63,887 nucleotides of DNA, filler included, from Olpidium bornovanus S191 (GCA_017911155.1; 32 parts of 32 records of this genome joined end to end with filler, not necessarily neighbours in it); one strand, 5' to 3'; numbered from the whole stretch's first letter, positions 1 through 12,831 are shown. A program made the numbers and translations. The notes: generated from the letters alone by a model not told the origin.

Positions 1-681
1 CATGCGGCCGACCTGCTATCGCGGCGTCCAGGCTGCGCGCCCAACCGTCCCTGCTGCTGCACCAAGATCGAGCCAGAAGAGCTTGCACCAAATGATTATA
101 GGGCCGCACCTCCGGGCCAAATACCAGGGCGGGCGCGACTCGCCCTCCGCGCCGGCAAAATGTCAGGCTTTCGAGACGAACAGCCGGGACAGTAAAAAAA
201 AAGGCCGCGCGTTTCACGAGGACGGATACGCTCAGTTTCTTAAAGAACTCAAGATAGAGCATCCGACCAGCAAGCGGGCCAATCGCAAGGGTGAAGACAT
301 GGAAGATGAGACGCCGATCATTTTTTTTTATACCGGCGTCGCTTGGGCATCCGTGCATTCAGAACCCCCGGCGTCTGCGAATCTTTCCGTCGTCAAATGC
401 AAGAGCCGGCTCGCGATCCGAGCTCGCAGCCAAGTGTTTCGGGCGCTCTGCGCTCAGCCGTTGGCTGTCAGCGGCACGCGCTGGATACTTCAACCGGCGT
501 CGGTCATGCCGGCCCGCTTTTGTCCGCATGACGCGGCTGAGGAAAACCAACTCTCCAGATTTTACAAAATGATGAGTCTGGATCGGCGCGGCGCGCGCTG
601 CTTCAACACCCCGCTCTCGCCGTCTCACCGAGGCTTACATGCTGACGAAATCTCTGAACATCGCTGCGTTGGCACACGACG

Positions 682-827
682 GACTCAAACCACAAGGTCG
701 TGTTTTTGCCATTACATAATGGTCATGAAAAGAGGAGAGGGGAATTACTTCATCCGACTCAAACCACAACGTCGTGTTTTTGCCATTACGTAATGGTCAA
801 GAAAGGTGAAAAAAAGGGGAATTATTT
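682..827. repeat. Two-copy tandem direct repeat (74-bp period) containing a 14-bp palindrome
   Basis: GACTCAAACCACAA(G/C)GTCGTGTTTTTGCCATTAC(A/G)TAATGGTCA starts at 682 and 756. Copy 2 contains the perfect palindrome CCATTACGTAATGG. Confidence 0.9.
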
Positions 828-1081
828 CTCCTGGCCAACGGCGTCGGCGTCGGGACGTCCGCCCGCGGGCCGCTCGTTTTCCTTGCACGCTTGGTCGTTG
901 GCTCCTCCTCCGACTCTGCCGGCCTTCTCTTTGACCGAACGGCGCGTCGGGCGTTCCCCACAGCGCGGGCGGGAATTTCACTGAGACGCGAAGAAAGCCG
1001 AAGCTTGCTGAGTGCGGCGCTTGCTCTCGTCATTCGGCACGACGTCAGCAGCCACGGCATCAACATTAGCCGCCTTCATGA

Positions 1082-1181
1082 NNNNNNNNNNNNNNNNNNN
1101 NNNNNNNNNNNNNNNNNNNNNNNNNTTAATTAATTAANNNNNNNNNNNNNNNNNNNNNNNNNNNNNNNNNNNNNNNNNNNN
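1082..1181. other. Artificial contig linker (N-run + TTAATTAATTAA six-frame stop + N-run); first of 31 in the window
   Basis: The same cassette recurs with its core near 1126, 2637, 3979, 7359, 10211, 11513, 13834, 16716, 18762, 21411, 24465, 25982, 27165, 30181, 32364, 33489, 35320, 37074, 38963, 40423, 41649, 45417, 46604, 48561, 52181, 53453, 55687, 56943, 60021, 61552 and 62788. Confidence 0.99.
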
Positions 1182-1245
1182 CCGGGGGGGGGGGCGGGGG
1201 GGGGGGGGGGGGAGAGAAAAGGGGGGGGGGGGGGGGGGGGGTGGT

Positions 1246-1280
<35 letters not shown>

Positions 1281-4191
1281 CCGGGGGCGGTTTGTACCCT
1301 CCGAGCAGTGTGCAAATTTGACCCGATTCCAACGGACGATCTCCCCCCAATTTGGAGCTAATGTCCACCGAAAAAAAAATCCAACTTGTCTCAGCTGTTA
1401 CTTGACACTTGTCTATATTTACCAGGACTACTGGACTCGCCTAAGCTTCTGATCAAACCAATGGATTGAGATTTGGTAAAGTTAAGATATCTAGGCTCGT
1501 TTCCTAATGGTCGCCTCGTTGCTGAAGAACTCAATCAAAGAAAACAAACGGGAATGAAGGCTATGAACGGCAACCAAGATGCTCAACCACCTGCATGGTA
1601 ATTGGGCATTATGTGCAATTGCACAACTTGAATGATCTGTTGACCACAATTGTTGCATACCTCACATCATGGATTCTCGTCAGGATGTCTGCTCCTTGTC
1701 CATCACTGCCGGAAGGTTAGACAGACAAAGTTTTCGGGAGGATGATTTTTGCACGAAGTTGTAGATTGACAATATCGTCTTCTCAAAATTGTGTGCAAGG
1801 CTAGAATTGTGTGCCTACAGAGCAGTGGCTTGGTAGAAGACACGGCGTTGTCCTCTGTCCTACCGGTATGCTGCACTGAAAAGAATACGGTGCGGGGTCG
1901 ATTTTTGCACCCTCTCACCTAAGCCCCCACAAAGGGATTACCGGCGGTTGGAAATATCCAGTCGTTCCCGAGTGCGGCTGCGCTTCGCCGGGCGAGTGAT
2001 CCCGTCGTCGGAAAGCGAAGATGACCTCCCTGCGCATCTCAACTTTCGCCCCGGCCTTCCGTGGTTTGAGCGAGTTGGGGGAGAATCCTTGCCGCGAGAT
2101 GGGGAAGAGGGTGGGAGTGAGCGTGGTGACCGGCAATTCTCCAACCAAACGCCGATAGTGGAGGTCCCTCCCCCAATCCCTCGTCCGCGAAATAGGCCTG
2201 CTCGCCTCTCGGCAGAAAGCGCGGTGCCGGTTGCATTTGCACGGAGCGTGATCTCGAAGTTCCCGGCGGCGCGGCAATTTTTCGGGACCCTTCGCGCGCA
2301 GCCAGTCGCGTGGTCGATCCGTTGCAGTTCCGAAACTCTTGGACGTCGTAACCTGCGAAGTCACCGACCGTGACAATTGGCAAAAACGCAACTAGGATGG
2401 ACGTCTCTCTACCACCATTCGGACCCGGCAAATGGGAATAACGTGCCAGATTCGTTTTCCTAGTTTCGTTCCATGCCGATCCGTTCGTTTATGTGGCCAA
2501 AAGGTTTATTCGACCGCGCCTTTAGTGCCGCGCTCTCTGGAAAGACATTAAACAAGCCGACGACAACCCCCCCTTTCACGACGACGATATGANNNNNNNN
2601 NNNNNNNNNNNNNNNNNNNNNNNNNNNNNNNNNNNNTTAATTAATTAANNNNNNNNNNNNNNNNNNNNNNNNNNNNNNNNNNNNNNNNNNNNGCCTTCCG
2701 ACGTTCCCGTAGCGCGGGCTCCTCCGACAGAAGCGGCGGGCGGGAGAGGGCGCCGGGGGGCACAGGCTGGGACGCAGGTCACAATGGCTTTGGGGGGGGC
2801 GGGCGGGGGGGGGGGGGGGGGGGGGGTGGCGGTGGGGGGGGGGGGGGGGGGGGGGGTGAGGGGAGGAGGGACGGGGAGAGTGGGAAGAAGAGGAGGGGAA
2901 GGGGGATTTTTTCTTTATGTCGCAGGGAAAAGGGGGGGAAGGGCGGCCTGTTCAGCTTTCTCAGCCGAAAAACCGTCCGTTTCCTGGCCCCCGTCCGTCC
3001 CTCCCCAAGCCATTGTGAACTGCGTACCAGCCTGTGACCACCGGCGCCCTCTTCCGCCCGCCGCTTCTGTCGGAGGAGCCCGCGCTACGGGAACGTCGGA
3101 AGGCGCATCCTGTAGAACTGGAGGAAGAGAAGAGCGATCCCACAGACGCCCGCACTTATGGCGATTTGTCCACCGAATACAGCTTCCCCTTCTCTCCGCG
3201 CTGCGTCGTCAGCAAAATATACTAAAAAAGAAGTAAATGTCCCTTCTGAAAATGTCATAATCCTGGTGAAGAGCCCGGAGATTATACAGCGTACAGGAAA
3301 TGTGCGGCCAGCTTGAAATCAAGGGATCAAAAATAAAACCCAACTCCGACTTTTATTCGCAAAATCCAGGTCTTTGTGCAAAGGAACGACGGAACACCGC
3401 CCAGAATAGTCCCACAGCAGAAAGGATTTTCAGCACCCTTACATGCACCCGTTCCCCACTCTTCCCGGCCCACTAAGCTTGTATGTCAAACTGTTCCAAG
3501 GTGGCTGGATCTCTTTTCCTTTTTTTTCTCTCTGTTCCCACACAACTTCTGTCTGTGCCACAAAATTCGAACACTTTGGAGTGGCCACGGTGCTTGGTTG
3601 GTACTAGCCGCACACATTTCTCGCGCGTTATAGATGTCGCAAGCGTGTCTGACACGCAACCAAAAGCCCCAAATCTACAAGCGCAAGGATGTTCGTCCAG
3701 GCATCACCTGGAGCGCCTCGGCAGCCTGGACAGCACACAAATGCAGTCTTACGCAAGGCCGTTTTGCTGGGCAGCTTTTATTAAAATCATTTGAAAAGTG
3801 GAAAGTTTGAAACCATGTATGCACCTAACCTCAGCAAAAAGATGTCTCTGCACGGTTCAGAATTCTGATGTGCAAGAGGCAGTGGGATTCTGCATTCGGC
3901 AATGTCATCATTGTATAATTGTGCTCCTTAAAGANNNNNNNNNNNNNNNNNNNNNNNNNNNNNNNNNNNNNNNNNNNNTTAATTAATTAANNNNNNNNNN
4001 NNNNNNNNNNNNNNNNNNNNNNNNNNNNNNNNNNCATGGCGGCACGATGGCTTAGCCGGGACGTTGGCGGGGAATACGTCCACGTACAGTCTTAAAAATA
4101 GATTGATTTTTCTGGTATGAAATACCCTCTGTTATAGGGGCCCCGCCAAGGACATTCCATCTTCATAAGAGGGAAGACTATATACACTACA

Positions 4192-4350
4192 GGGGATCCT
4201 GCCAACGGATGTCCTGACCTGCCTACTCTGCCGACTTCGGGTTAGCCAATTCTCCATTCTCGGTTTTTTTTTTGGTTTGTGGGGCACGCTCAGCTTCAGA
4301 TCGACCCGAAAAGCGATCCCGTCAACGGATCTCCTAACCTGCTCACTCCT
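4192..4350 (+). repeat. Two tandem units of a dispersed ~110-bp repeat family (GGATCC-TGCCAAC-GGATCT hairpin core)
   Basis: GGATCCTGCCAACGGATGTCCTGACCTGCCTACTCTGCCGACTTC...GGGCACGCTCAGCTTC is followed by CCGAAAAGCGATCCCGTCAACGGATCTCCTAACCTGC. The same unit occurs on another contig at about 35440-35555 (-), 35985-36030 (-) and 36883-36995 (+). Confidence 0.85.
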
Positions 4351-7245
4351 TGCGGCCCAGTCAGCGGGGCCCCTTCATTTTTTTGTTCCACAGAGAAGAA
4401 AAAAAGCGCACGGGTTAAAAAAGGTCTCGAGGGAAGCGGCGTTGTGTGGCGTGCGGGGGCGCCGGGGGGGTGGGGGGGGGGGGGGGAAGGGGCGGGGGGG
4501 GAAAAGCATTTTTTTTTTTTTTTTCCTTTTTCCCCTTTTGGGTTTCTTGGGGCGGAGCTGGCGGTCAGGCGTTTTGAGTTATTTAATTTGGGGGCGAGAA
4601 AAGGAAACATACATAGAAGACGAAAGAGGAAATTGGAGTGGTGCAGGGAGTGGACGGGGACGGAAGAAGAATGAGGAAAGGCCGGGGACAGATGTGCGCA
4701 CGGCTTAGCCTCGTTGGCATGGATGTCAGGTGATTGTAAGAGAGGGTGGCGGATGACGGTGCATGCCTGTTTCGGCATCTGGTACGAACAACGAGACAAG
4801 AAAGGTTGCGTCGGACAGAGAGGTAGAGTAGAGCGCTGCGGGCTAACGGAAGCGCAACCCACTGATGGCATCCTTCGGCTCACCTTCCCGCGGGTACAAA
4901 AAGGGGCGCCCCCCCCCCGACCCCCCACCCACCCAAGTTTTCCGTCAACTCGCACGCAAAGAATCAGATACGCTCGCTTAGCACGTAAGTGTATCTGGAA
5001 TGGGGCTGTTTGAAGGTAATTTTGCGTTTCGCGGGCTAACCAAATCTACGTAACAGCCATCACCGGGAAACACTGACATGAAGGTCGCTCATATCTGCGC
5101 ATTTGTCGCGGCGATTTCCTGTTTTGCCATGGGTGCCGACGCCGTCTATTGTACCGATATTTATGACCCATTGGAATGCGAAGAAGCAACAGACCCCAAA
5201 TGCGTTTGGAACATTAATTATAAGTACGTCATGCGCATCCTGCTTTAGTAATTGTGGTAGTCGTTCGTCGTTCCTTTCTGTTAAGAATCACGCGCAATGT
5301 CTCTTCTTTCCCCATCCCCGTTCTCACGCCCGAAACAAATATAACACTTCCACTTTTTCCAATTATAGTGTGTGTCACGAGCCGAACGCACGGCATTGGG
5401 CGGAATGACCATCCGTCCCCCCGGGAATTTGAATCTGAGGACAAGCTTTTCCACTGCCCTGTTTCCATGTGGAACTTGTCCCCATTTACACCGCACCGGC
5501 GAAATAGTACTGCTGACGGCATCCACAATAATGATTTTTGCGAAATTTTCCACACTTCTGTATGTTGAGGTCAGCGTATGACACCGGGGACAATACAGGT
5601 TTTTTTTCGATGCATTATTATTTTCAACACTGCGTGGGGGTGCACAATCGGCGCCGTTCTCAGTTTGGAGCGCACTCGTCCGGGGGATGAAAGCGGAAAG
5701 GAGGGGAGAAAAAAAAATGGCGCGTGGGTCGAAAAGAAAGAAAAGGAAAAAACCAAAAAAAAAAAAAAAAAAAAAAAAAGGAAAAAAAAGGAAAAGTCTC
5801 GACGGGGAGTTCGTCCGTCGTCCGGCGGGGCGGGCGGGGAGACCTTCTTTAGTGGAATTTAGGGCGAATCCGAATGCGCGGGGAATCCGACCGCCGCCGC
5901 TTCCGCCGCCCTCTCCTTCTTTTTCCCTTCCGGTTTTGCCCGCACACAACCCCAAAGCCACAAAAAAAATCCGAGGGCGAACCGAGGGAGGAAAAAGAAA
6001 AATAATCACGTTTCGCGCGGAAGAGCAAGAAACATGCCCGCTCGCCCGCTGCCGTCGCCGCCGCCGTCGCCGTCGCCCTCCTCGCCGCGGCTGCGTACCG
6101 CCCTGCTGCCGCCTCCGCCTCTGCTGCCGCTGCTGCTGCTGATGCTCCTGCTGCTGTTCGCGGCGCCGTCGAGCAGGTGAGACTGGATCGGGGGCGGCGG
6201 AGACGCCGCCCGAAACCTGGTCCCCGATCCTACTCCTCCTCCTCCTCCTCCTCCTTCTCCCTCCTCTGCGCGCGTGGCCGCTCTTTGGTGCCAGCAATCT
6301 GAAACGCTGACACGAAGACTGTTTTTCGTGGAATCCGCCTGGCATCCGCGGCCGCCCGCTTGCGCTCCTGCGTGGCAGCGCCCTTGAAACCAGCGCTGCG
6401 GATGCGCCGAAGACACGCGCGGTGGAGGGCAAGATCGAGACCAACGACGAGATGCCGGGTATTTTTTTGTTTTTTTTTTTTTTTTTTTTTGCTGTGCGTG
6501 TCTGACGGCTAGGCTGGCCGGGGTCCCGAACATGTTGATCTTCGCAGGGAGGCGACCCCTCCCGAAGGCTTGTGCGTTCCCCTTCTTGACACCGGCCCCA
6601 CATCCCTCTTCACACTGTGTATCAGAGATACCGCGGACGACGCGTGTTACGCTGGACGGCGGCCTGTACACAGGATACGTGAGAGCTACCGGCGACTTTG
6701 TCATGTCAGTCTGGGGAGTGTCGGTTCGTCCGGGTTTATTCATGCGGGCGCGCACGGTGCCCCGCACGTGTACTCCGGCATCTTCTTGGTGGGGGGAGGT
6801 TCACAGGCGCAAACTGCCTCTCTCCGGTCACATGTCGCCACCCTGCAGCCACCGCGTACTCTCAGGCTCCTATCTCCTGGAAATTTTAACGGGAAATTAC
6901 ACGTTTGACCGGGTAAGCCGTGCGGCTGGCTGGGGCCGTGAAGACATGTATATTTGCCGTCCGCCGTCGCATCGCGGTTCTCAACTGCTCCAGGCCTTTC
7001 CTAACCGCAGTATCGCGTCGACGTCGGCGCGGAAGCCGCGAACGCCGCCGTGAACGCCTATCTGGTGCCAGCTGCTGTGGAGTGGGACGTCAAGGGCCCG
7101 TCCGTACCGTATCCGCTGAAGATATCCGCTCAGCGGAAAAACAAGTTCTTTCACGTAACAAACGGCTGATTTCGGATCACCGAAAGAGGGGCCGCGGTCG
7201 ACGTACTCCTTGCTTCCTCGGGTGCTGAACGAGGTTTGCGCACTC

Positions 7246-7282
<37 letters not shown>

Positions 7283-7414
7283 TCCCCCCCCCCCCCCCCC
7301 CCACCCCGCCCACCNNNNNNNNNNNNNNNNNNNNNNNNNNNNNNNNNNNNNNNNNNNNTTAATTAATTAANNNNNNNNNNNNNNNNNNNNNNNNNNNNNN
7401 NNNNNNNNNNNNNN

Positions 7415-10166
7415 CATGAAGACGCTGCACCATCTCCGCCGTCATTTGCCACCGGACCTATCCAACGTACTCCTTGACCACTTCAAATCGGAGCACAGCG
7501 TTCATCCGTCAAATCCCGACTGGCTCAGCCTGCTGGTGTCGGTCGTTCAGTGTTTCTACCTAGACACGACGCAGCCCGCAGACATCCGCTTTCGCGTGCT
7601 GAAAATGGTTCGCGACGTGTACGACGAGGTGAAGGATTTCTTCCAGGATGAACTGGCGGGCGAAGTCATCTCGCCGATCGCGGAGCTCCTTCCTTTGCAG
7701 GAACGGAACGAGGAGATCGCGAAATACGCGCTGGAACTCACGGCGGCCGTGGCGGCGGATCAATGCGGTTCCGATGCTAACGACTCAGTATTCCCGGTTC
7801 TCCTCGAGGCTCTGGCGCGATGTTCGCAGTGCATGTGCTCCGAAGGGAACGCACCTGACCGGCCGCCCGGTGCGTCACATAAGGCGGATCCGGCCACTCC
7901 GGATTCGGGTCGTGCTGCACGCCCGCCGGCGCTGCCTAGTAAAAGTTTTTCGCTGAAGCCGCCGGCGGGAGGCGGTACCTTGGGAGCCCATGCCTCATAT
8001 TCAGGCGTTCCAGGTCCGTTTGGCGTGACCGCCGCGTGCAGTCCGGCGAGCTCTGGCCCCGTGGCGGTCACGGTGTCTTCTCCCGCCGCTAACGCCAAAA
8101 CAGAAACATTTCGCGGTGTGTGCCTATCGCTGACGGCGTTAGGCCATATTTTCAAGTTATTTCAAAGCACCCTTCGGCAAAGGGTCAATTCCCGGTACGC
8201 TTCGGATGTGCTCCAAAAAATCCTGGCAGTCGCCCCTCCTGGATCAGCCCACCCGCAAACCAGGAATAGGGCACTGGAAATACTGTTTTCACTCCGTGCG
8301 GGCATCAGTCACCGCGTATATCTCTCGTGCTCGGCGGCAGACCCGTCGTCGCCGATGCAACACGCTGCGAGTGTGCCCGAGGTCGTTTCTGCTTCTACCA
8401 TCGCGTCGTCGTCGGTCGCCACAGGCTCGGCCGGAGCATCTACTGCAGGCGCGAAATGCTTCTGGACCAGTCCATTCGTCGTATCATTTGTTTACACGCG
8501 AGAAAGCGCGATGTTCCAACCCGGGATGCATCGCGACGAACCGGCACAAGAGGAACGTGACAATTCTCGTCCTCAGGGTACTTTTGAGCCAGGCCCGGCT
8601 AGCAGCATGCCCCCCATCGCTGGGGAGCACAGGACGCTGACGGTGCTTCCGATGGGATTACTGGTCACGACGCTGCTCCAGATCTTGCGGACGGAGACCG
8701 ACTGGAATACGTTCAACGTCGTGCACTCGCAGCTACCCGCCATGCTGGGCCACAAGCACCTTTTTTGTGGCGCGACGGACGAAATCCGAGCTCTTCGCAC
8801 ATTTTTCTGCGAGTGGGTTGGCGGAGCGCGGATCGCCGAGACCGTCACCAACATGCCACAAGAAGTGCGGCGCGCGGACGTTTATGCGGCGGCTTACGCG
8901 GTGCTGACGGCGCTGATCGGCTACCGCCGGCTGTTCAACAAGAGCGAGCTCGACGAGCTGGTCTTAGCTTTCCAGCTCGGCCTGTCGAAGTGGGTACAGA
9001 CGGCCAAGCCGTGCATCCACGCGCTCTCAGTGTGCTGCCACGAGCTTCCAATGTCCGTCACAAAGCTGCTGCCGAGTACGCTCGTGGCGCTCGCGCAAGT
9101 TATGTCCGCAGCGACCATGTCCATGCACATCCTCGAGTTCCTGTCCGGACTCGCCCGGCTTCCGCACCTTTACGTCAACTTCGTAGAGAACGACTACCGC
9201 CGGGTGTTCGGCATCGCCTTCCAGTACATCCAGAGCAGTCACATGCAGCACGCGCAGCAGCAGCAGGGGAAGCAGACATCTCAGTCGCAGCAGCAGCAGC
9301 ATCAGCGTCAGCAGCAACCGCTGGCGCAGCCGCCGGATCCTTATCCCCAGCCGCAGCAACAGGGAGACGCAGGCGCGGCGGCCTCGACTGTCAGCACCGC
9401 CGCTGCGCACGCGCTCTCCCAGTACGTGCTCACCCTCGCCTACCACGCGATAACGGTCTGGTTTCTGTCGCTGCGCCTTCCGGAGCGCAAACGTTTCGTC
9501 CCTTTCATCGTCCGCGGCCTGCTGCTTGCCTGCGAAGCCGGTGCCGACTTGAAGAAGATAGACGAGCAAACCGAGACATGCCTGGACATGCTGTCGCGTT
9601 ACACCTACGCCGCCTGCGAGCCGCGGTTAGAGAAGTCGCTGATGGGACGGCTGCTTCTGCAGAACACACCGCGGCAGCGGGCCGGTCCCTCGGGTTTGAC
9701 CTCGTCCGTGTCCGCCGACGCTGCCGGCTTGGGGCCGGGGGTCAGCAGCAAAACCTGGGTGTACGGTTCAGCCGTCGTCACGATATGCGTGGCAGCCAAT
9801 TCTGGATGGGCGGAGACGACCGTCCGAAGAGCTAGCGGCACGGCTCGATTCCTGTTGAACTTGGAGAACCGGCTCAGGGGCGAGGAGGCGGATTTTGCCA
9901 ATCTCCCAGCGATCCTGATGATGAATTGGAGTAAAAGGAATAAGGAGCTTCTGGCGAAGCCGGGGGATGGTGGTGTCCCGCCCGACGAAGTTCCGGGCCC
10001 GATAGACGCAGTGCCGCCGTTGGACCCAGCGGCCGCAACGCAGTCTGTGGCGGAAAAGGTTTTCGGTGGGCACGCTGTCGGACCGGGGCAGCCCTATTCC
10101 CGAAAAGGCGAATCTTACGTCGACCCGGGTTTCATATTCCTCCAGATGACGTCGGCCGCCGACATG
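7415..10166 (+). CDS. TSC2: Tuberin (TSC2, Rheb GAP), internal fragment, one uninterrupted exon; truncated at both contig ends
   Basis: About 917 open codons with tuberin-domain motifs: ETDWNTFNVVHSQLPAML, ELVLAFQLGL...AKPCIHALSVCCHELPMSVTKLL, HILEFLSGLARLPHLYVNF...YRRVFGIAFQYI, LAYHAITVWFLSLRL, ETCLDMLSRY, SKTWVYGSAVVTI...GWAETTVRRASG. Confidence 0.95.
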
Positions 10167-10273
10167 NNNNNNNNNNNNNNNNNNNNNNNNNNNNNNNNNN
10201 NNNNNNNNNNTTAATTAATTAANNNNNNNNNNNNNNNNNNNNNNNNNNNNNNNNNNNNNNNNNNNNAGGGGGG

Positions 10274-10320
<47 letters not shown>

Positions 10321-10779
10321 GAGCGCAGCGAGACGGGAAATATCCCTCCCGGCAGAGCGGGATTTCCCCGCCCCTCCCCCCCACGTGCTGCGGCGCGCGA
10401 AAGCGCATAAAAGATAACCTCCGCGGAACCGTCGCACAGTCAATGCGGTGACACGCCAAGACGCAGCACGCTCTCAAGGGCCCTTTGTATACGCGTGCAC
10501 GAGTGGGGCGGGCGGCCTGCGGTCGGAAGAGTAAAAGCGCGACGGCGCACAAATGGGCGAGCTTGGCGCGCGGCCCTTCACAGCCGCACCCTGTCGTGAC
10601 GCCCACACTAATTGCGTCTGCTACGATGAACAAAAATGGTGTGGACTGGAAAAACGGAGTTGGAGGGGGAGGGGGAAGGGGGGGGGAAGGGGTAAATCGA
10701 ATGGCTTATGGTATGTATTTTGGTCTCTTTAACCTCCGGGGGTGTTGGCGAGGTCAGGCCGGGGAAAGCCCTGGGTCCC

Positions 10780-11220
10780 CATCCTCATCAGGTTCGCCGT
10801 ACTAGATGGACCGGTGTATTGCAAACGAGTACGCCGTAGGCGTTTACGATAGTCTCCACCTGGTTTACAGTCAGTCTCCACTGGAGCCCTCCAATTCCTT
10901 TCCGGGCGCCACTCATTTTGCAAATCCCTCATATCACTCACGTCCAGAGGCTGTGTGACCGTAATCGAACAAGGCTCTCTTTCCACGTTCGCCCCCTCGC
11001 CCAACTTCCACTCCCGGTTTCCGGGTGTACGGACAGGCAACCTACGCGAAATGTGTCCCGATATTGAACCCAGATTCTAGTCTACGCTTGTAAGGCCTCG
11101 CCCAGGGAAATTTGATTCAGCAACAGTGATCAACCGTATTTAGTCGTCGTTCCAGTTATCGCTTTGGGCGATTCACACACTCTCCAAGGGGGCCCAAGCA
11201 GTTGCTGGCACCGTGGCGCG
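10780..11220 (-). mobile_element. Highly degenerate Ty3/gypsy (chromovirus-like) integrase tail and chromodomain remnant
   Basis: Frameshifted minus-strand pieces: YKRRLESGFNIG/TFRVGCLS resembles the GPY/F tail AYxLxLP...VFHVSLL, and NEWRPERNW resembles chromodomain TWEPEENL. Confidence 0.4.
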
Positions 11221-11568
11221 CTCCGCCACTGCGCCGTTACAAGACGGTTTTTGTCAATTTTGAAAGCGTTACTGCCGGATTCTGCATCAACTCGGATTGA
11301 ACCAGGTCGTTCCGGTTGGAAAAGACAACTTAATCATTCCACCATCGCCGGCTATCCGCTCTGTATCAACAAATGTTCGCCAGGCAGTTGAACAACTAAA
11401 CTAGCGACAACGTGCAGCATTAAAAGCGAGACGGAACGTGCGTGCGCAATCTCTCGTATTGGTTCATGNNNNNNNNNNNNNNNNNNNNNNNNNNNNNNNN
11501 NNNNNNNNNNNNTTAATTAATTAANNNNNNNNNNNNNNNNNNNNNNNNNNNNNNNNNNNNNNNNNNNN

Positions 11569-12831
11569 CATGAGAACCAGCTCGTTTACAGACGCCCCTG
11601 AACCCTTCTTCGGTGCACGGGCGACGTTCCGAAACTTATCCAGCACCGAATTAATATTGGGGGTCTGTAGGGCGCGGAACGATCCCGTTTCGTGTTTCCC
11701 ATTTCCCGCGAGTTTACTATCAATATTCGTCCTGAGATTCGTTGGTTTATTCGATGGTCGCTTATGCATAACAGTCTGTTCTGCACCACCACGAACAGCT
11801 GCCTACCTGGTTGCCGGTTGCCGTATCAGTGGTTCAGGCGGAGGCTGTGTAAGATATCGTTCGTATTCCTCAAATCCGCCGACGTCGTAGGTTTCCAGGA
11901 GTTGACCTTTGCATTGAGAAGAGAATGGTACGTCAAACTTGCGATTTTGCTTCCCGGGTTGCCGCTTGCGTTGACGCTTCCATACCACCAGGAGCGCCCG
12001 ATTTATCGAGTGCATCCAGCGTTGCCAATTGTGGTACGCGCTGGAACACCGCATCTCTGTACTTTGCGACCGACTGTTCAGGCGCGTCTGGAGCAGGGCA
12101 CACGGGATTGTTTCTGACCGATCTGGTGCTGTTCCGGAATACAAGGTGTCGTACCTTCTGCCTCGGACGCAACCGGAGATGGGCGCGCTTTAATCAGCGG
12201 GTACTTCGATGCGCATCATAAATCTGCGCAAAAGCTTTCGGCTTCGTACACACTTTCAGACACACACCGGACAACCCGCGAGGAACTTGATCTGGTTGAT
12301 GTCGGATATGAAGTTTCCCTTAAGATCGAGATACTGCAGGCTGTGATGGCTGCCGTGGAGTTCGACGAGGCCGTCCAGCTTTTCGATGTAGTTGAACGAC
12401 AGCGAAAGCCACTCCAGCGCCTGAAGCCCGTTCAGGTGGGTGATCTGCCTTATCTGCCACGCGTCGCGCTGGATCAGACACGCACCTCGTTGCCGCACGA
12501 CCGAAAAGGGGCGCAGGTGGGGACGACGGTTCTCCCGTCTCGTACCGTTCCTCGCAGAAGTGATCCACACCTTATTGCTTGACACGTTCAACTTCCTCAA
12601 CCTGGTCAGTGCCTGTATGCCGTCAAGGCTCTCCAGTTCGTTCGACGAGAGGTCAAGGTCGGCCAGTCCGACCAGGGCGTGCACCAGGTCCCCGTCCACG
12701 CGCAACAAACTGTTGGAGTGCAGATTGAGCGCCCTCACAGGCCTACTGTTCTCTGCCTGCAGCTTTACCAGCTCCGGGTACAACTCGTTCAGCGACGCGA
12801 CCTGCATATCGACCTTGGAGAGCTCCGCCAT
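11569..12831 (-). CDS. LRRCC1: Leucine-rich repeat and coiled-coil centriolar protein (LRRCC1/CLERC/VFL1-like), 5' part, multi-exon
   Basis: ATG at 12831. Exons 12831-12571, 12453-12268 and 12154 onward have GT-AG boundaries. They encode ALNLHSNSL..LDLSSNELESLDGI..LNVSSNKI..LSLSFNYIEKLDGLVELHGSHHSLQYLDLKGNFI and the LRRcap NNPVC...YRDAVFQRVPQLATLD. The LHG..H.L.Y.DL motif and the N-terminal layout match LRRCC1 as I recall it. Confidence 0.8.

Noticed and set aside
2-793. 263-aa ORF as a single gene product
   Set aside because: It runs through intron-like and repeat sequence and has no recognisable domain. It may contain real exons but I cannot assign them.
1400-1900. Possible decayed transposase (CxC...H, SWIM-like) on the minus strand
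   Set aside because: Too many stops and only a weak motif to support a call.
5281-7313. Long overlapping Arg/Gln-rich ORFs on contig 4
   Set aside because: GC-rich low-complexity sequence gives open frames on both strands. No consistent exon chain or family motif was found.
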